64,000 nucleotides of DNA from positions 1-64,000 of the IMG/VR virus record IMGVR_UViG_3300046779_001412; one strand, 5' to 3'. Positions 38,701-45,334 of this stretch are shown here, piece by piece. Within the stretch, counting starts at the first letter, position 1, and every line of letters begins with the position of its first letter. This DNA comes from a virus. The position numbers and the translations under genes are program-made. The notes beneath the pieces are model-generated. The model searched no databases and had not been told where the DNA came from. It saw only the letters and a program-made list of their open reading frames with translations.

Positions 38701-40966
38701 CGGCCGCCCAACATACAGCGATGTAATAATCGATAGTATCTATCAGAGCGAATTTATTGATCAATATCTTGGCACCGGTGTTAATGATGTAATTGTGGAT
38801 GGCGGTGAGTTTATTGATCCTTACTCAAGTCATGCACCTGAAGAACTTGTGCCTGGTAGTGAATTTGATACCTTGGATTTTAAAGTTTTTGTTAGACCAG
38901 GAAGCGATTGGAATGGCACTGGACACGGGTTTGACATACTTACACTGAGATCAACGTTCTCAAGCTCCGACCCAGAAATAGATTGGTCATTGATAGCATT
39001 GTATCAAAATGATGAAATTTACCCAGCTGCTATTAGAGTAAGCAATGCAGGTCCCAATGGCAACCCATTACAGGCCAGCGATCTTGATCCCAGTCAGTAT
39101 AGTGTTGACTGGGTAAATCAAACCATAACAATTACAAGCGGTGCCGCAGATAATGATACCATGGTTGTCACTGTGTACGAAGTTGGTGGCGGTAATCAAT
39201 TGCTACGTGCCAATTATAATGGCGCAGACATAGGCACACATCTTGACATTGATGTAAAGTATAGCGAAATAAATGAACTGGTCATATTTGTAAATGGTCA
39301 ACGACTGCTTGCAAATATTGATTATACCTATGCTGCACTTGCAGTTGGTCGCACACGCATTACATTCACAGTGATATTAACCAGTCTTGATGCAGTTAAC
39401 CTCACAGTCATGGGTTTGCAAACACCGCAATACTCATGGAGTTTACCCACTGTACAAGTCTTTAATATCACTGAAACAGCTCCGCTTTCTACTGCGCAAC
39501 TGACCTATACTCTAACCAACAGTCTGCAGGGGTCAAACCCTGACAACGCTTATGTTACTGTAAACGGCTTCCGTGCTAGACCGCCGCAAGGTATAGAATG
39601 GTATGGAGACGGCAGCAGTGCTGAATTCCTGTTTCCTGAACGCGGTGGCTACAGCCAGGGCCTTGTAGCTGACAACGAAGTTGATGTTTATGTAAATGAT
39701 GTACCACAGACTCTAGGCAGCGACTTCACAGTTGTGCCCTGGGACGGATTTAGCCGACGCTCAATTATACTATCTTACGTGCCTAATATTGGTGACAGAA
39801 TTCTTATCTGCATCAACTCACGCTCAGATTACATAATCTCTGGCAATCAGATCACATTTAGACCCAGTGGCAGCTTTGGTGTGTTCCCAGGAGACACTGT
39901 GGCTGTGACCACATACAACGACACCAGTCAGCAGCAAATTGTGCAAATTGTGTGGGTTGGCCCGATCACAGTGGGTGCTACTGCCGTTGAAGGCTTTGAC
40001 CTGTTGCCATTTGATAACGGTACTGTTTCTGATGAATCCGGTAGTTTTGACTTTAGCGAAGGTATAACTGTAACTCAAAACGATTTTGACCTACGTAGGC
40101 CTTCGCAGTTGGCTGAAAGAATGATTGTAAGCTTGAATGGTAGACTATTATTTCCAGGATTGGACTACACAGTTGTAGTGGATGATGAATTTGGTGATGT
40201 CACATCATACCTTGAGCTGTTGTCAGGGCCAATAACAGCCACAGACGTTGTAGTGGCCACACTGTTTACCAATCAGATCGTGCCCAACGCCATGGCGTTC
40301 CGTATATTCCAAGACATGCGGGGAGTAGCACTGACCTATCGAATTACCGAGCAATCAACCACAGTGCTCACTCAGGCACTTGGAATTAATGATGACATAA
40401 TCTACGTTGAAAATGCCTTGGCATGTGGAGCGCCAGATATTACCAGTAACTACCTTGGCGTGGTAATAATCAATGGCGAACGTATTACATTTAGATCAAG
40501 AGATCTTGTTAACAACACATTAAGTGGACTCATGCGAGGTACAGCTGGTACTGCAATTGCAACTCATGAAGTGAACACACCAGTATACAACATGGGCAGA
40601 GAAAATCTACTATCTGGCGGAGGATATCAGGATCATGTGGATCAAACCACAATATTGTCAAATGGCAGTCAAACTGTGTTCACTGCATCTAATATTAATC
40701 TATTGGGAGTTGACAGCACAGAATGGCTGGAGGCCTTGATTGTCAGCGTGGGTGGTATCATACAACCGTACACTGCCTATGAATTTCTAGGCGCTAACCC
40801 GGCTAGCATACGCTTTTATGAAGCTCCGCCTGCTGGTAGACAGGTCACTCTAGCTGTAAAACGTGCCCAAAGTTGGTATGAGCCAGGCGCATCAACGCCT
40901 AGCAATGGTTTACCATTGCAGTTGCAGACCACTGCGGCTGCTAAATTTTTAAGAAATGCAGATTAA
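26714..40966 (+). CDS. Giant 4750-aa virion structural protein (gp7-like position; multidomain baseplate/fibre scaffold)
   Basis: Uninterrupted 14.25-kb ORF coupled to gp6; FG-GAP-like repeats, Ig-like VNG...DY repeats, two CBM5/12-like W..Y..G..V motifs, KP.H motif, GSGYT.AP.V.I. Confidence 0.8.
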   Translation: MAKVRSVDFLPEIFQTKTNRQFLGATLDQLVQEPALKKTQGFIGRKIGPGINPTDAKYVVEPTAERTNYQLEPAVAIKVPDTDTVIDAITYPGIVDALQQAGADVTSDDRLYSSQYYAFDPLIDYDKLVNYSEYYWLPTGPLSVDVTGGTAAISRTIEVTRNNNFYSFSGQLGQNPTLTLVRGGSYRFEIAQNKTSTVNLRVTNQTNKAYVIDYVLNPNLTLVRGNTYIFTLSIAGNFPFWIKTIASTGVVNVYDNGVTNNGANEGTVIFTVPQNAPDLLYYSSETSAQMTGTFSIIDGEAGSGPQFFIQAQPGIDGRMPTTPNISSRDVLGVINNGEDLGTVTFNVPNKTAQNFYYTLNELDPVDLVSDIPYRDINHAYVEDFFAKYPDGIDGITDLDGKYIIFNIKSIEGAGPFQVTPNTAEAGGWLRASFYSPTPSDDEQPGYNERSFSEVAEITSLDERYSIWQINYVTDQSGRQYLNVTSARAVNKLEKFRILEGSQYSSTQWYRTDDSWFEQIPLLTAILDTLYYQDSVDPQLVGELSLIEPEDASALNVNNIIGAKQYTSPNGVTFSNGLVVTFRGDITPVEYLDNTYYVEGVGESIVLVPVVDTITPESYTESVSVSFDSTPYDIGNYDVSNNQPLTPDYITINRASPDRNAWSRSNRWFHRQVLETSAELNNNSALLDLQSRARRPIVEFKSGMKLYNFGTSGKRAVDVIDFTTLDAFSDVNGTPLGYVIDGYNLVDGSRVIFAADTDLDVRNKVYRVQVISPDTVNPLIKQPIINLVPAEDTVILSNDVVVCLNGVSRKGQSFTFDGEVWTLSQQKTGVNDPPLFDIYLNDFSIGNLERYPSSTFKGSKLFSYGIGSGTNDPVLGFPVEYVTINNVGDIVFVNNYYKDTFSYVVNRQSITESVGKGFARRYTSRTEYTDQIGWATAPYASQTYQQFEFTYQGLPLLLDVKVNDLVLDSSLPNPYPVIKLYIGATFQDPGTYSYTTTANTTTINLSNGIVQGEKIIVLILSDQVSATAFFQVPANLQNNALNSEVSQVTLGTMRSHYESICQNLIDIQGTINGANNSRDLGYIARYGLNILQQSSPLTMAGYFLRDPDFDLFRSLQWNSAEYVKFKTQILDGVAAQDWGNATPPEILTAVVNNINLGRTQQNPFYWSDMLPVRTVYDTNTYVFTPISQTTFNTLRVYNFTQSNYQGLLIYLNGRLLTINKDYTVSADTPQVTITIPLAVGDQIEIQEYSSTIGSFVPNTPTKMGLYPAFQPEIYLDTTYSQPTPVILGHDGSITVAFDDIRDQVLLDFETRIYNNLKVRSIIPIQETDIIPGQFRTTDYTLGEVNDILSVDFLTWVGTNKIDYAVQAYDVNNQFSYNYSRSENRLDNEVLPVGAWRGLYLWFYDTIRPHQAPWEMLGFTEQPTWWEDQYGAAPYTSDNLVLWEDLAAGRVADPAGAYILPRYARPGLLDVLPVNAQGQLLSPLNSVVGIYDRQTFQRSWRIGDVGPVEYVWRTSSSYPFAIMRLLALTRPAEFFSLFVDRDLYKFNTTIGQYLYDQRSRLVPANLELYGSGVSKASYVNWIVDYNTHLGNSNTSNTLGKNLANIDVRLAYRMASFSDKGYIKVYLEKPSPNSLNTSLLLPDDSYELFLYKNQSFARVKYSSVMIQKVVDGYQVFGYDVLNPYFEILTSKVAGPKITLSAGGKSVAVPTTYSDTIAQVPYGYIFTNDNAVCDFLFSYGALLERQGMVFDSVENGLTLNWRQMADEFLYWSGQGWGPGSVINLNPANTSLMVSRLGAVVDSVIERDTTTSIQDQNKRKILVNDLIIERIDNEFKMTSLTEQTLNFANLNFTAYEHIMVLKNISVFGDLIYDPVTAARQGRIQLIAATSTDWNGQLDAQGFILNQDNIVDWQANVTYTKGQIVKFKNQYYSALTIVQPKQEFDYVDWTLSDYNKVQKGLLPNLANKADLIQQTYNTVGANLERDQDLLAYGLIGFRPREYMANLNLGDVSQVNVYKQFLGSKGTKFSVDLFGNASFDKEVADYKIYENWAVLKGLYGAQANRRFFDIRLNQAQLTSNPSTVEIITPFEQSNADQTIQVQDLWRSSWNVTSPDILPSAAAARNDLNLPTSGYVNLSDVDITEFDIDNSTNLNANIDTIGVGTTVWIAKINSHDWNVYRCSPVPGKINSITENYNGTCVVEFSQQHGLDLSDVVVIKSFSVEVNGAYRVLEVPSLTSIVIRFTLLTDQVQLLGQGTCLVLDTVRVAQPSDIADLSYINSVTTNSLVWVDNDGADQWEVLQRTEPFDFNQRLEPLRSVNAYWASAVAQLANNTLMLASAPGSSTGIVYQYGVNPAGSLIDGGSLSLNASQVSNFGACLTVGDNLYGAAGAPNSFNDVGYAAVLAYVGDLESFTVSQLLLAIDQPGPSKFGSSMVMSQDERWLYIGAPAHNRVYAYGQVPVPTQKNTYPTDGQTRRYSTARIQIDNPQQLLVTVSGLPQRLNIDYTVGSGFIDFVATPSKGLTVEISRRQSTQLDFYEYYNILPATTTGIGIGAAFDIDVVRTQYSAVLSTTGSNYSVGEILTIKGTQIGGSSPAEDCVITITDVTFAGAIVDFTISGQRLNIVDRFPVQESLFTATNINSVTVTVNNVIQRPKIDYEWLKSDSSLPDSTLNDYDIVFVNSPAVGATIMCYASTYYAYSDVITVSGLESDAGFGSSVSTNRNGSQLIVGCPKENVNSTFRSGAAYLFNRDIERFIITVASDSPTTINIPATLRAPTAVKVNNQFLNNTAQYGTFDSNTFTVNYSVSPENAVSVTINQPLAIGDVLDIESNVFKPVQKIVSDTVQERAEFGHAVQFTLDDSEIAVGTPYDSEFIPQAGSVKMFVNQAASYGTITSTNTSPTLTAGHTIQINNQEIAVPAAPNNTVAGLAAYINNSFIPNVRAVANNSGTLTIAVLNKDSTQPYNRLLVMPGSTGTTFTDLGFNTLEYVQTLISPYATDGANFGFTLASYSQDLMIGAPGGTPHIAVTFDGGTTFFDAGSTTFYTDLTQTGVVYEFDYLPAANESLMNPGKFGFGEQIYSSDSVQNENFGASISQAWAYTLVGSPQALVSTSNNNGAMSVFINADRTPSWIPKRYQVPAVDIYSLNNALLYDRLQSPKTLFLDFFNPTQGKILSAARQNIDFVTTLDPAFYNSGLTSVQGNSWGREHLGQIWWDTSSVRYLDVDQDDLVYASRRWGQVFPGSVVDIYQWVESSVPPANYTGPGIPLNIVDYTVLTNLSENNVFVSNFYFWVRNLDTVASDIGKTLSTRVLSQYLENPIASGIPFLAPLNSSTLAFYNCRDYIRAYDTICHIDFDQTPNDANIHSEFQLLAENKDTAFLTPQLYRKLQDSFAGEDQSGLTVPDPSLTVAERYGVQFRPRQSMFVDRFTALENYINRTNEILSLYPIAESRVLSLLNSQEPVPLPQTTVGNILQTNWNQEVANLEELSWQNILIVPVGYKYLVLSDSSNSGRWTIYETVVNRGVYSLRLVRVQNYRTNEFWQYVNWYQPGFNQDTTPNIEVPSYAALIAQQATVGTVALVTANSQGKFEIYQLSDSGWNRVALQDGTIQILDTIYDYALGRLGFDGEVFDAQYFDQAPQIETRKIVQSINQELFIDELLIERNKLLILMFNYIFTEQLSPDWLLKTSLIDVQHNIRELLPYQTYRRDNQDFVLNYLNEVKPYHVQIREFNLKYAGQDLFNGDIADFDIPAYFNTDYNAYISPILSETGTEPSDAASNNIIWQTQPYDQWFNNYKLELESLILISGGSGYTTAPTVTITGIAIRNATATAVINSAGQVNALVIADPGEGYLTTPVVTITGGNGTGAKAIALLNNGLVRSIKTTIKYDRYQYKTDILEWQPNITFDNGQLVRYADKIWEADSPDSTGVNTPEFIPEDWILVPVDELSGVDRTMGYYVALADQPGRELPLLISGVDYPGVQVKGLSFDQDTGYARGPFDMTPWDNLGFSESGRPTYSDVIIDSIYQSEFIDQYLGTGVNDVIVDGGEFIDPYSSHAPEELVPGSEFDTLDFKVFVRPGSDWNGTGHGFDILTLRSTFSSSDPEIDWSLIALYQNDEIYPAAIRVSNAGPNGNPLQASDLDPSQYSVDWVNQTITITSGAADNDTMVVTVYEVGGGNQLLRANYNGADIGTHLDIDVKYSEINELVIFVNGQRLLANIDYTYAALAVGRTRITFTVILTSLDAVNLTVMGLQTPQYSWSLPTVQVFNITETAPLSTAQLTYTLTNSLQGSNPDNAYVTVNGFRARPPQGIEWYGDGSSAEFLFPERGGYSQGLVADNEVDVYVNDVPQTLGSDFTVVPWDGFSRRSIILSYVPNIGDRILICINSRSDYIISGNQITFRPSGSFGVFPGDTVAVTTYNDTSQQQIVQIVWVGPITVGATAVEGFDLLPFDNGTVSDESGSFDFSEGITVTQNDFDLRRPSQLAERMIVSLNGRLLFPGLDYTVVVDDEFGDVTSYLELLSGPITATDVVVATLFTNQIVPNAMAFRIFQDMRGVALTYRITEQSTTVLTQALGINDDIIYVENALACGAPDITSNYLGVVIINGERITFRSRDLVNNTLSGLMRGTAGTAIATHEVNTPVYNMGRENLLSGGGYQDHVDQTTILSNGSQTVFTASNINLLGVDSTEWLEALIVSVGGIIQPYTAYEFLGANPASIRFYEAPPAGRQVTLAVKRAQSWYEPGASTPSNGLPLQLQTTAAAKFLRNAD

Positions 40967-41004
40967 GGTTTACCCCTGATATATGCGCAACTAAATATAA
41001 GATC

Positions 41005-41154
41005 ATGGAACAACAGACTAATAACAACGTGCCTGACACTGATCTCCAGGAGATTACAAAAAAGCCCAATGACAGTGGAACTGTACATGTGGATGCGTTT
41101 GTGCGGATACATGATCCAAACACCAAACAGGTATATCACGAGGGTAGAGCATGA
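41005..41154 (+). CDS. Small 49-aa protein (not in ORF track)
   Basis: MEQQTNNNVPDTDLQEITKKPNDSGTVHVDAFVRIHDPNTKQVYHEGRA; TAAATA at 40992-40997 upstream; stop overlaps next ATG (ATGA). Confidence 0.7.
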   Translation: MEQQTNNNVPDTDLQEITKKPNDSGTVHVDAFVRIHDPNTKQVYHEGRA

Positions 41155-41756
41155 ACAGTGCACAGTACAAAATTGATGGTTTTCTAAAGATTTTTGATCC
41201 CCATACTCAAGAAGTATTTTTGGATAAGCATAATGCTATTCATTACGAAAACATTTCTGTGGGCATGGCGCAGACTCTTGCGGACAGAAACACTGGTTAT
41301 ATCTATCAAATGGCATTTGGCAATGGTGGTAGTTCAGTTGATCCTACTGGTGTGATTACCTATCTCCCACCAAACACCGTGGGGCAAAACGCCAGCTTGT
41401 ATAACCAAACGTACCAAAAAATTGTGGATGATGCTAGTGCTGACAACACTGATCCTGTGAACAATCGCATGACGGTGTTGCATACGCCTGGTAAATTTTA
41501 TACAGATATTTTGGTCACATGCTTGTTAGACTATGGTGAACCCGCTGGACAGCAGGCATTTGACAACTCCACTAATTTCAGTGGAGAATTCGTGTTTGAT
41601 GAATTAGGACTGAAAACATGGAATGGTAGTGCTACAGACCTGCGTTTGATTACGCATGTGATATTCCATCCCGTACAGAAAAGTTTAAATCGTCAGATAC
41701 AAATTGATTACACGCTGAGGATACAGACTCTAACAAACCTCAGTAGCAACGCATAA
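41151..41756 (+). CDS. Virion structural protein (baseplate/fibre-associated)
   Basis: NAIH.EN, MAFGNGG, LDYGEP.GQ, FDELGL, THVIFHPVQKSLNR.I.I.YT. Confidence 0.7.
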   Translation: MNSAQYKIDGFLKIFDPHTQEVFLDKHNAIHYENISVGMAQTLADRNTGYIYQMAFGNGGSSVDPTGVITYLPPNTVGQNASLYNQTYQKIVDDASADNTDPVNNRMTVLHTPGKFYTDILVTCLLDYGEPAGQQAFDNSTNFSGEFVFDELGLKTWNGSATDLRLITHVIFHPVQKSLNRQIQIDYTLRIQTLTNLSSNA

Positions 41757-41777
41757 ATAGTAGCAGATTATGTGTGC

Positions 41778-41783
41778 TAAATA
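41778..41783 (+). promoter_or_regulatory. Putative late promoter (TAAATA); second copy at 41753-41759
   Basis: Two TAAATA motifs upstream of ATG 41805. Confidence 0.5.
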
Positions 41784-41804
41784 CTAAAAGGACAGTAGAC
41801 TAAC

Positions 41805-43187
41805 ATGGCTTATCAGATTAATCTAACCGACGGAACTCCATTTGCTACCATTGCAGATGGTACAATCAATACGTCAAGCAGCATGGTTTTGGTTGGAAAA
41901 AACTATGCAGGTTACGGCGAATTTCTAGATGGAAATTTTATCCATTTACTGGAAAATTCAGCTGCTATTACTCCACCCGGAAATCCGCTGACTGGTCAGC
42001 TCTGGTGGGACAAATCTAACAATTTGCTCAAGGTCTATAACGGTACCACGTTTAAAACTATTAGTGCTGCCACCGCGTCAACCACGCAGCCAGCTAGTAA
42101 TGTTACTGGTGACCTTTGGTATGACATTACCAATCAGCAGCTCAAAGTCTATAATGGCTCGGCATTTATTCTAGTTGGACCACAGAGCACAGGAGGTGGC
42201 GGAACCACTGGTGCTGTGCCAGCTACTATTACCGACACTCCTGGCGGTGTTGCTCACACTGTGGTTGAACTTGTTATCAGTGATGCTGTTGTTGGTATAG
42301 TAAGTGCAGATGCAGAATTTACGCCTGCTGGTGCAGGTATTCCTGGATTTACAACCGTCAAGCCTGGTTTGAATCTTGCAACCACAGTAAACGGACAGAC
42401 TCCGTTGTTCCAAGGCACGGCTGCTAATGCAGTGCTTTTGAACGGTGTTGCTAGTACAGGATTTATTAGAAACAGCGGCACAGGTCAAACCATGAGCACC
42501 ACTCTAGGTGTGCTTACAGATTCAGGCATGACCGTGGGCGCAGACAGCGACTTTAAGGTCAGCGTTAGTGGCACCACGGTGCAAGTAGACAATCAAACAC
42601 AGGATGGTAACATAGTGTTTAGAGTAAACGATGGCGGCGTAACCACCACGGTGCTCACACTTGATGGTGCTAATTCATCTGCGGTGTTTGCTGCATTTTC
42701 AACTGCTTCAATTACCAAATCTGGTAGCAACGCAGTGGGTAATATTGGATCATCTAGCAACTACTTTAACAGAGTATTTGCTACAGCTACCACAGCACTG
42801 TATGCTGACGTTGCAGAACGATTTGCCAGCGACACTTCTTATATGCCCGGCACGGTTGTTGAACTAGGCGGCACTGAAGAAATCACTCTAGCTAAAGATG
42901 AACTGTCAGAAAATGTGTTTGGTGTGATAAGTACCAATGCTGCGTTTTTAATGAATGGCGGCGCTGGTGAAGATGACACACATCCGCCGGTAGCAGTTAC
43001 AGGTCGAGTGCCAGTTCGCTGTGTTGGTACCATTAACAAAGGCGATCGCTTGGTATCAGCAGGCAATGGACTAGCTAGATCAGCTATGCCCGGTGAAGCC
43101 ACAGCATTCAACACTATTGGTCGAGCACTATCTAATAAACACTCCCAAGAAGAAGGCACTGTTGAAGCCATTGTAATGATCAAGTAA
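41805..43187 (+). CDS. Tail fibre-like protein with C-terminal intramolecular chaperone-like domain
   Basis: LVGKNY.GYGE...NF.HLLEN, two GQLWWD/GDLWYD...LKVYNG repeats, C-terminal YADVAERF...GTVV..GG...GRVPV...KGD.LV. Confidence 0.7.
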   Translation: MAYQINLTDGTPFATIADGTINTSSSMVLVGKNYAGYGEFLDGNFIHLLENSAAITPPGNPLTGQLWWDKSNNLLKVYNGTTFKTISAATASTTQPASNVTGDLWYDITNQQLKVYNGSAFILVGPQSTGGGGTTGAVPATITDTPGGVAHTVVELVISDAVVGIVSADAEFTPAGAGIPGFTTVKPGLNLATTVNGQTPLFQGTAANAVLLNGVASTGFIRNSGTGQTMSTTLGVLTDSGMTVGADSDFKVSVSGTTVQVDNQTQDGNIVFRVNDGGVTTTVLTLDGANSSAVFAAFSTASITKSGSNAVGNIGSSSNYFNRVFATATTALYADVAERFASDTSYMPGTVVELGGTEEITLAKDELSENVFGVISTNAAFLMNGGAGEDDTHPPVAVTGRVPVRCVGTINKGDRLVSAGNGLARSAMPGEATAFNTIGRALSNKHSQEEGTVEAIVMIK

Positions 43188-43198
43188 AGGAAACACAA

Positions 43199-44164
43199 AT
43201 GACGTATACAAGCGGTAGTTTAATTGAAGCCAGTGACTACAATGGTTTTGTAGCAGGAACTGCCAACGCAAATATAAATGATATCTGGAGCGCCGGGTCG
43301 GGCGACAAAGGCTGGGGCGAAACTGCGGTATCAAATGTTAGTGCTGCCACTAACATTGCTGCAACCAATTGGGCCACTCTTGTAAATCGTATCAGCTCCA
43401 TGGGCTCACAAACCGGTGTTGCAATCACAAGTCGCAGTGCGCCCACCACAGGTGATATTGTACAAATCTTAGCAAATGTAAACACTGATCTAACAAATAT
43501 AACCAGCAGTCGTGGCAATGCCGCAGCAGTGGGAAGTCAATATACAGCATGGACAGGCACCAGTGGTAAAACAGGCACAACCACAGGCGTTAACTCCACT
43601 ATTGTTTTTACTCACACTGTGACTTTTCCCAATGCCAATGCAGCAAGATACTTTTGGAATGCAGGCGGACTGGTAAGAATGCAGTTTGGTAAAAGCAGCA
43701 CAGGCAATTTTGGCGATCCGGACTTTAACACTTTGGCAAGCAATATGGGCACACTTACCATGAATGGACGCTGTGGTAACGTAAGTGCGACTGTGGCAGG
43801 TACAACCTACACAGGATTTACTCGCACAGGCGGCAGTGGCACACCTTCACCAAATTTAACAACCACAGGCTGGTATCAACTAACAACATCAAATCAAACT
43901 TTGTTCACATTGAATTCAAGTACTTCACCTTACACTGGCAACTATATTCAAATTCAGGCAAAAACTGGTAACACTGGAACTACGCTGGATCTCACTACAA
44001 CCTGGTTCAACGCAGAAGGTGACACTATGAGTGGCGGTACAGCTCCTTCGGGAACCACATTTGGCACAGCCCCAGCAACAATCGTTACATATTTTCCACC
44101 CAGCGCAACTTATCTAACCAGTGCCGCGTGGGGCACTCCCACAGTGGCAGCAACAACAACCTAA
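43199..44164 (+). CDS. Thr/Gly/Ser-rich virion structural protein
   Basis: M.Y..G..I.A.DYN, F.....ARYFWNAGG motif; AAGGA SD; last gene before a terminator. Confidence 0.65.
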   Translation: MTYTSGSLIEASDYNGFVAGTANANINDIWSAGSGDKGWGETAVSNVSAATNIAATNWATLVNRISSMGSQTGVAITSRSAPTTGDIVQILANVNTDLTNITSSRGNAAAVGSQYTAWTGTSGKTGTTTGVNSTIVFTHTVTFPNANAARYFWNAGGLVRMQFGKSSTGNFGDPDFNTLASNMGTLTMNGRCGNVSATVAGTTYTGFTRTGGSGTPSPNLTTTGWYQLTTSNQTLFTLNSSTSPYTGNYIQIQAKTGNTGTTLDLTTTWFNAEGDTMSGGTAPSGTTFGTAPATIVTYFPPSATYLTSAAWGTPTVAATTT

Positions 44165-44182
44165 AAACTTACCACTTCTAAT

Positions 44183-44210
44183 AAAGGGCCAAATGGCCCT
44201 TTACTTTTTT
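44183..44210 (+). terminator. Rho-independent terminator
   Basis: AAAGGGCC-AAAT-GGCCCTTT hairpin followed by ACTTTTTT, just after the structural module. Confidence 0.8.
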
Positions 44211-44228
44211 GTATTATAAGTGTATAAT
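44200..44228 (+). promoter_or_regulatory. Sigma70-type promoter for the modification cluster
   Basis: TTTACT (44200-44205), 17 nt, TATAAT (44223-44228); ATGs at 44232/44235 follow immediately. Confidence 0.55.
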
Positions 44229-44231
44229 CAC

Positions 44232-44543
44232 ATGATGAATGAAAACGAATTAATGTCCCATGCACGGGCAAGATTTGATCACGAATCTGCCCGACGTTTG
44301 CTACGAGAAAAATATCAAGCCAAAATGTTGTTTGCCTATCGAGGTGGTATGTGGCGAGCCGGTCCGGAGTTGCATAACACAATATCTACATGCGGGCGCA
44401 TGGGAGAAATTGTGTTACCAGATTTGTATGAAAACCCGGTGCAAGTTGATTCAACGGAACTTATGTCATTAAGCCAAGAACGTTGGAATGAACAAATGAA
44501 CGCTTGGTTGTTGGATTTTGATCAACTGAGCAAACACCGATGA
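44232..44543 (+). CDS. Hypothetical protein
   Basis: ORF track 44220..44543; ATG at 44232/44235 more likely than the upstream GTG; coupled to the next gene. Confidence 0.7.
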   Translation: MMNENELMSHARARFDHESARRLLREKYQAKMLFAYRGGMWRAGPELHNTISTCGRMGEIVLPDLYENPVQVDSTELMSLSQERWNEQMNAWLLDFDQLSKHR

Positions 44544-45334
44544 CTCGAGGCGTACTCTTGGTAGCATTTAATAATAGTCATTTTGACTATGTGAAAATGG
44601 CAGCATGGAATGCTACCCGTATAAGGCACTTTCTTGATGTGCCTGTAGCTCTGGTTACAGATTCACTCGCCCACAACAATCTTGATGCCTTTGATCATGT
44701 GATTTACATGTCGCGACCGCAGTGCGGCAAAAGATATTTTGACGATATTCAAACCACAGTGGATTGGATTAATCATGATCGTAGTCATGCAGCCTTACAA
44801 TCGCCGTTTGAGCATACCTTGGTCTTGGATGTAGACTATGTAGTTAACAGTGATCAATTGAAGTTTTTGTTTGAAATCAATCAAGACTTTGTATGCCATA
44901 GAGACGCAGTCAATGCACGTACCGGCGAGATATTCAACAATACCTTTGGCCAATATCAAATGCCCATGTATTGGGCCACAGTGATGTGTTTTCGTAAAAG
45001 TAAAAAATCACAGATAATATTTGATATAATGGCCATGGTACAACATAATTGGCAACACTATCGCGATCTTTATCAAATTGATAGACCTGCGTTTAGAAAC
45101 GATCATGCCTTGAGTATAGCACTGAATATAGAGTCCGGACACATGTTAACCACCTGTGATATTCCCTGGAACCTAGTCAGTGTGCTACCTGGTGATAAAC
45201 TAACATGTGTTGATCACAATGTGTTTGAAATTACTTGGCATGATACTCGTGCACATCGCGTAACACTCAAAAATCAAGATTTTCATGCCATGGGCAAAAG
45301 TTATCTGGAGAACATAATTGACAATCAAAGCTGA
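44540..45334 (+). CDS. Nucleotide-diphospho-sugar transferase (GT-A fold, GT8-like)
   Basis: RGVLL.A.N, SPFE.TLVLDVD (DxD), WATV..F.K, RND.A.SIA, H.M.K. Confidence 0.7.
   Translation: MTRGVLLVAFNNSHFDYVKMAAWNATRIRHFLDVPVALVTDSLAHNNLDAFDHVIYMSRPQCGKRYFDDIQTTVDWINHDRSHAALQSPFEHTLVLDVDYVVNSDQLKFLFEINQDFVCHRDAVNARTGEIFNNTFGQYQMPMYWATVMCFRKSKKSQIIFDIMAMVQHNWQHYRDLYQIDRPAFRNDHALSIALNIESGHMLTTCDIPWNLVSVLPGDKLTCVDHNVFEITWHDTRAHRVTLKNQDFHAMGKSYLENIIDNQS

Noticed and set aside
26714-40966. Inteins or introns explaining the giant ORF
   Set aside because: No intein splice-junction or LAGLIDADG/HNH motifs noticed; the length is accounted for by repeated structural modules
17239-43518. Many 60-150 aa antisense or alternate-frame ORFs within structural genes
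   Set aside because: Fully nested in long well-supported CDSs, with no motifs or initiation signals
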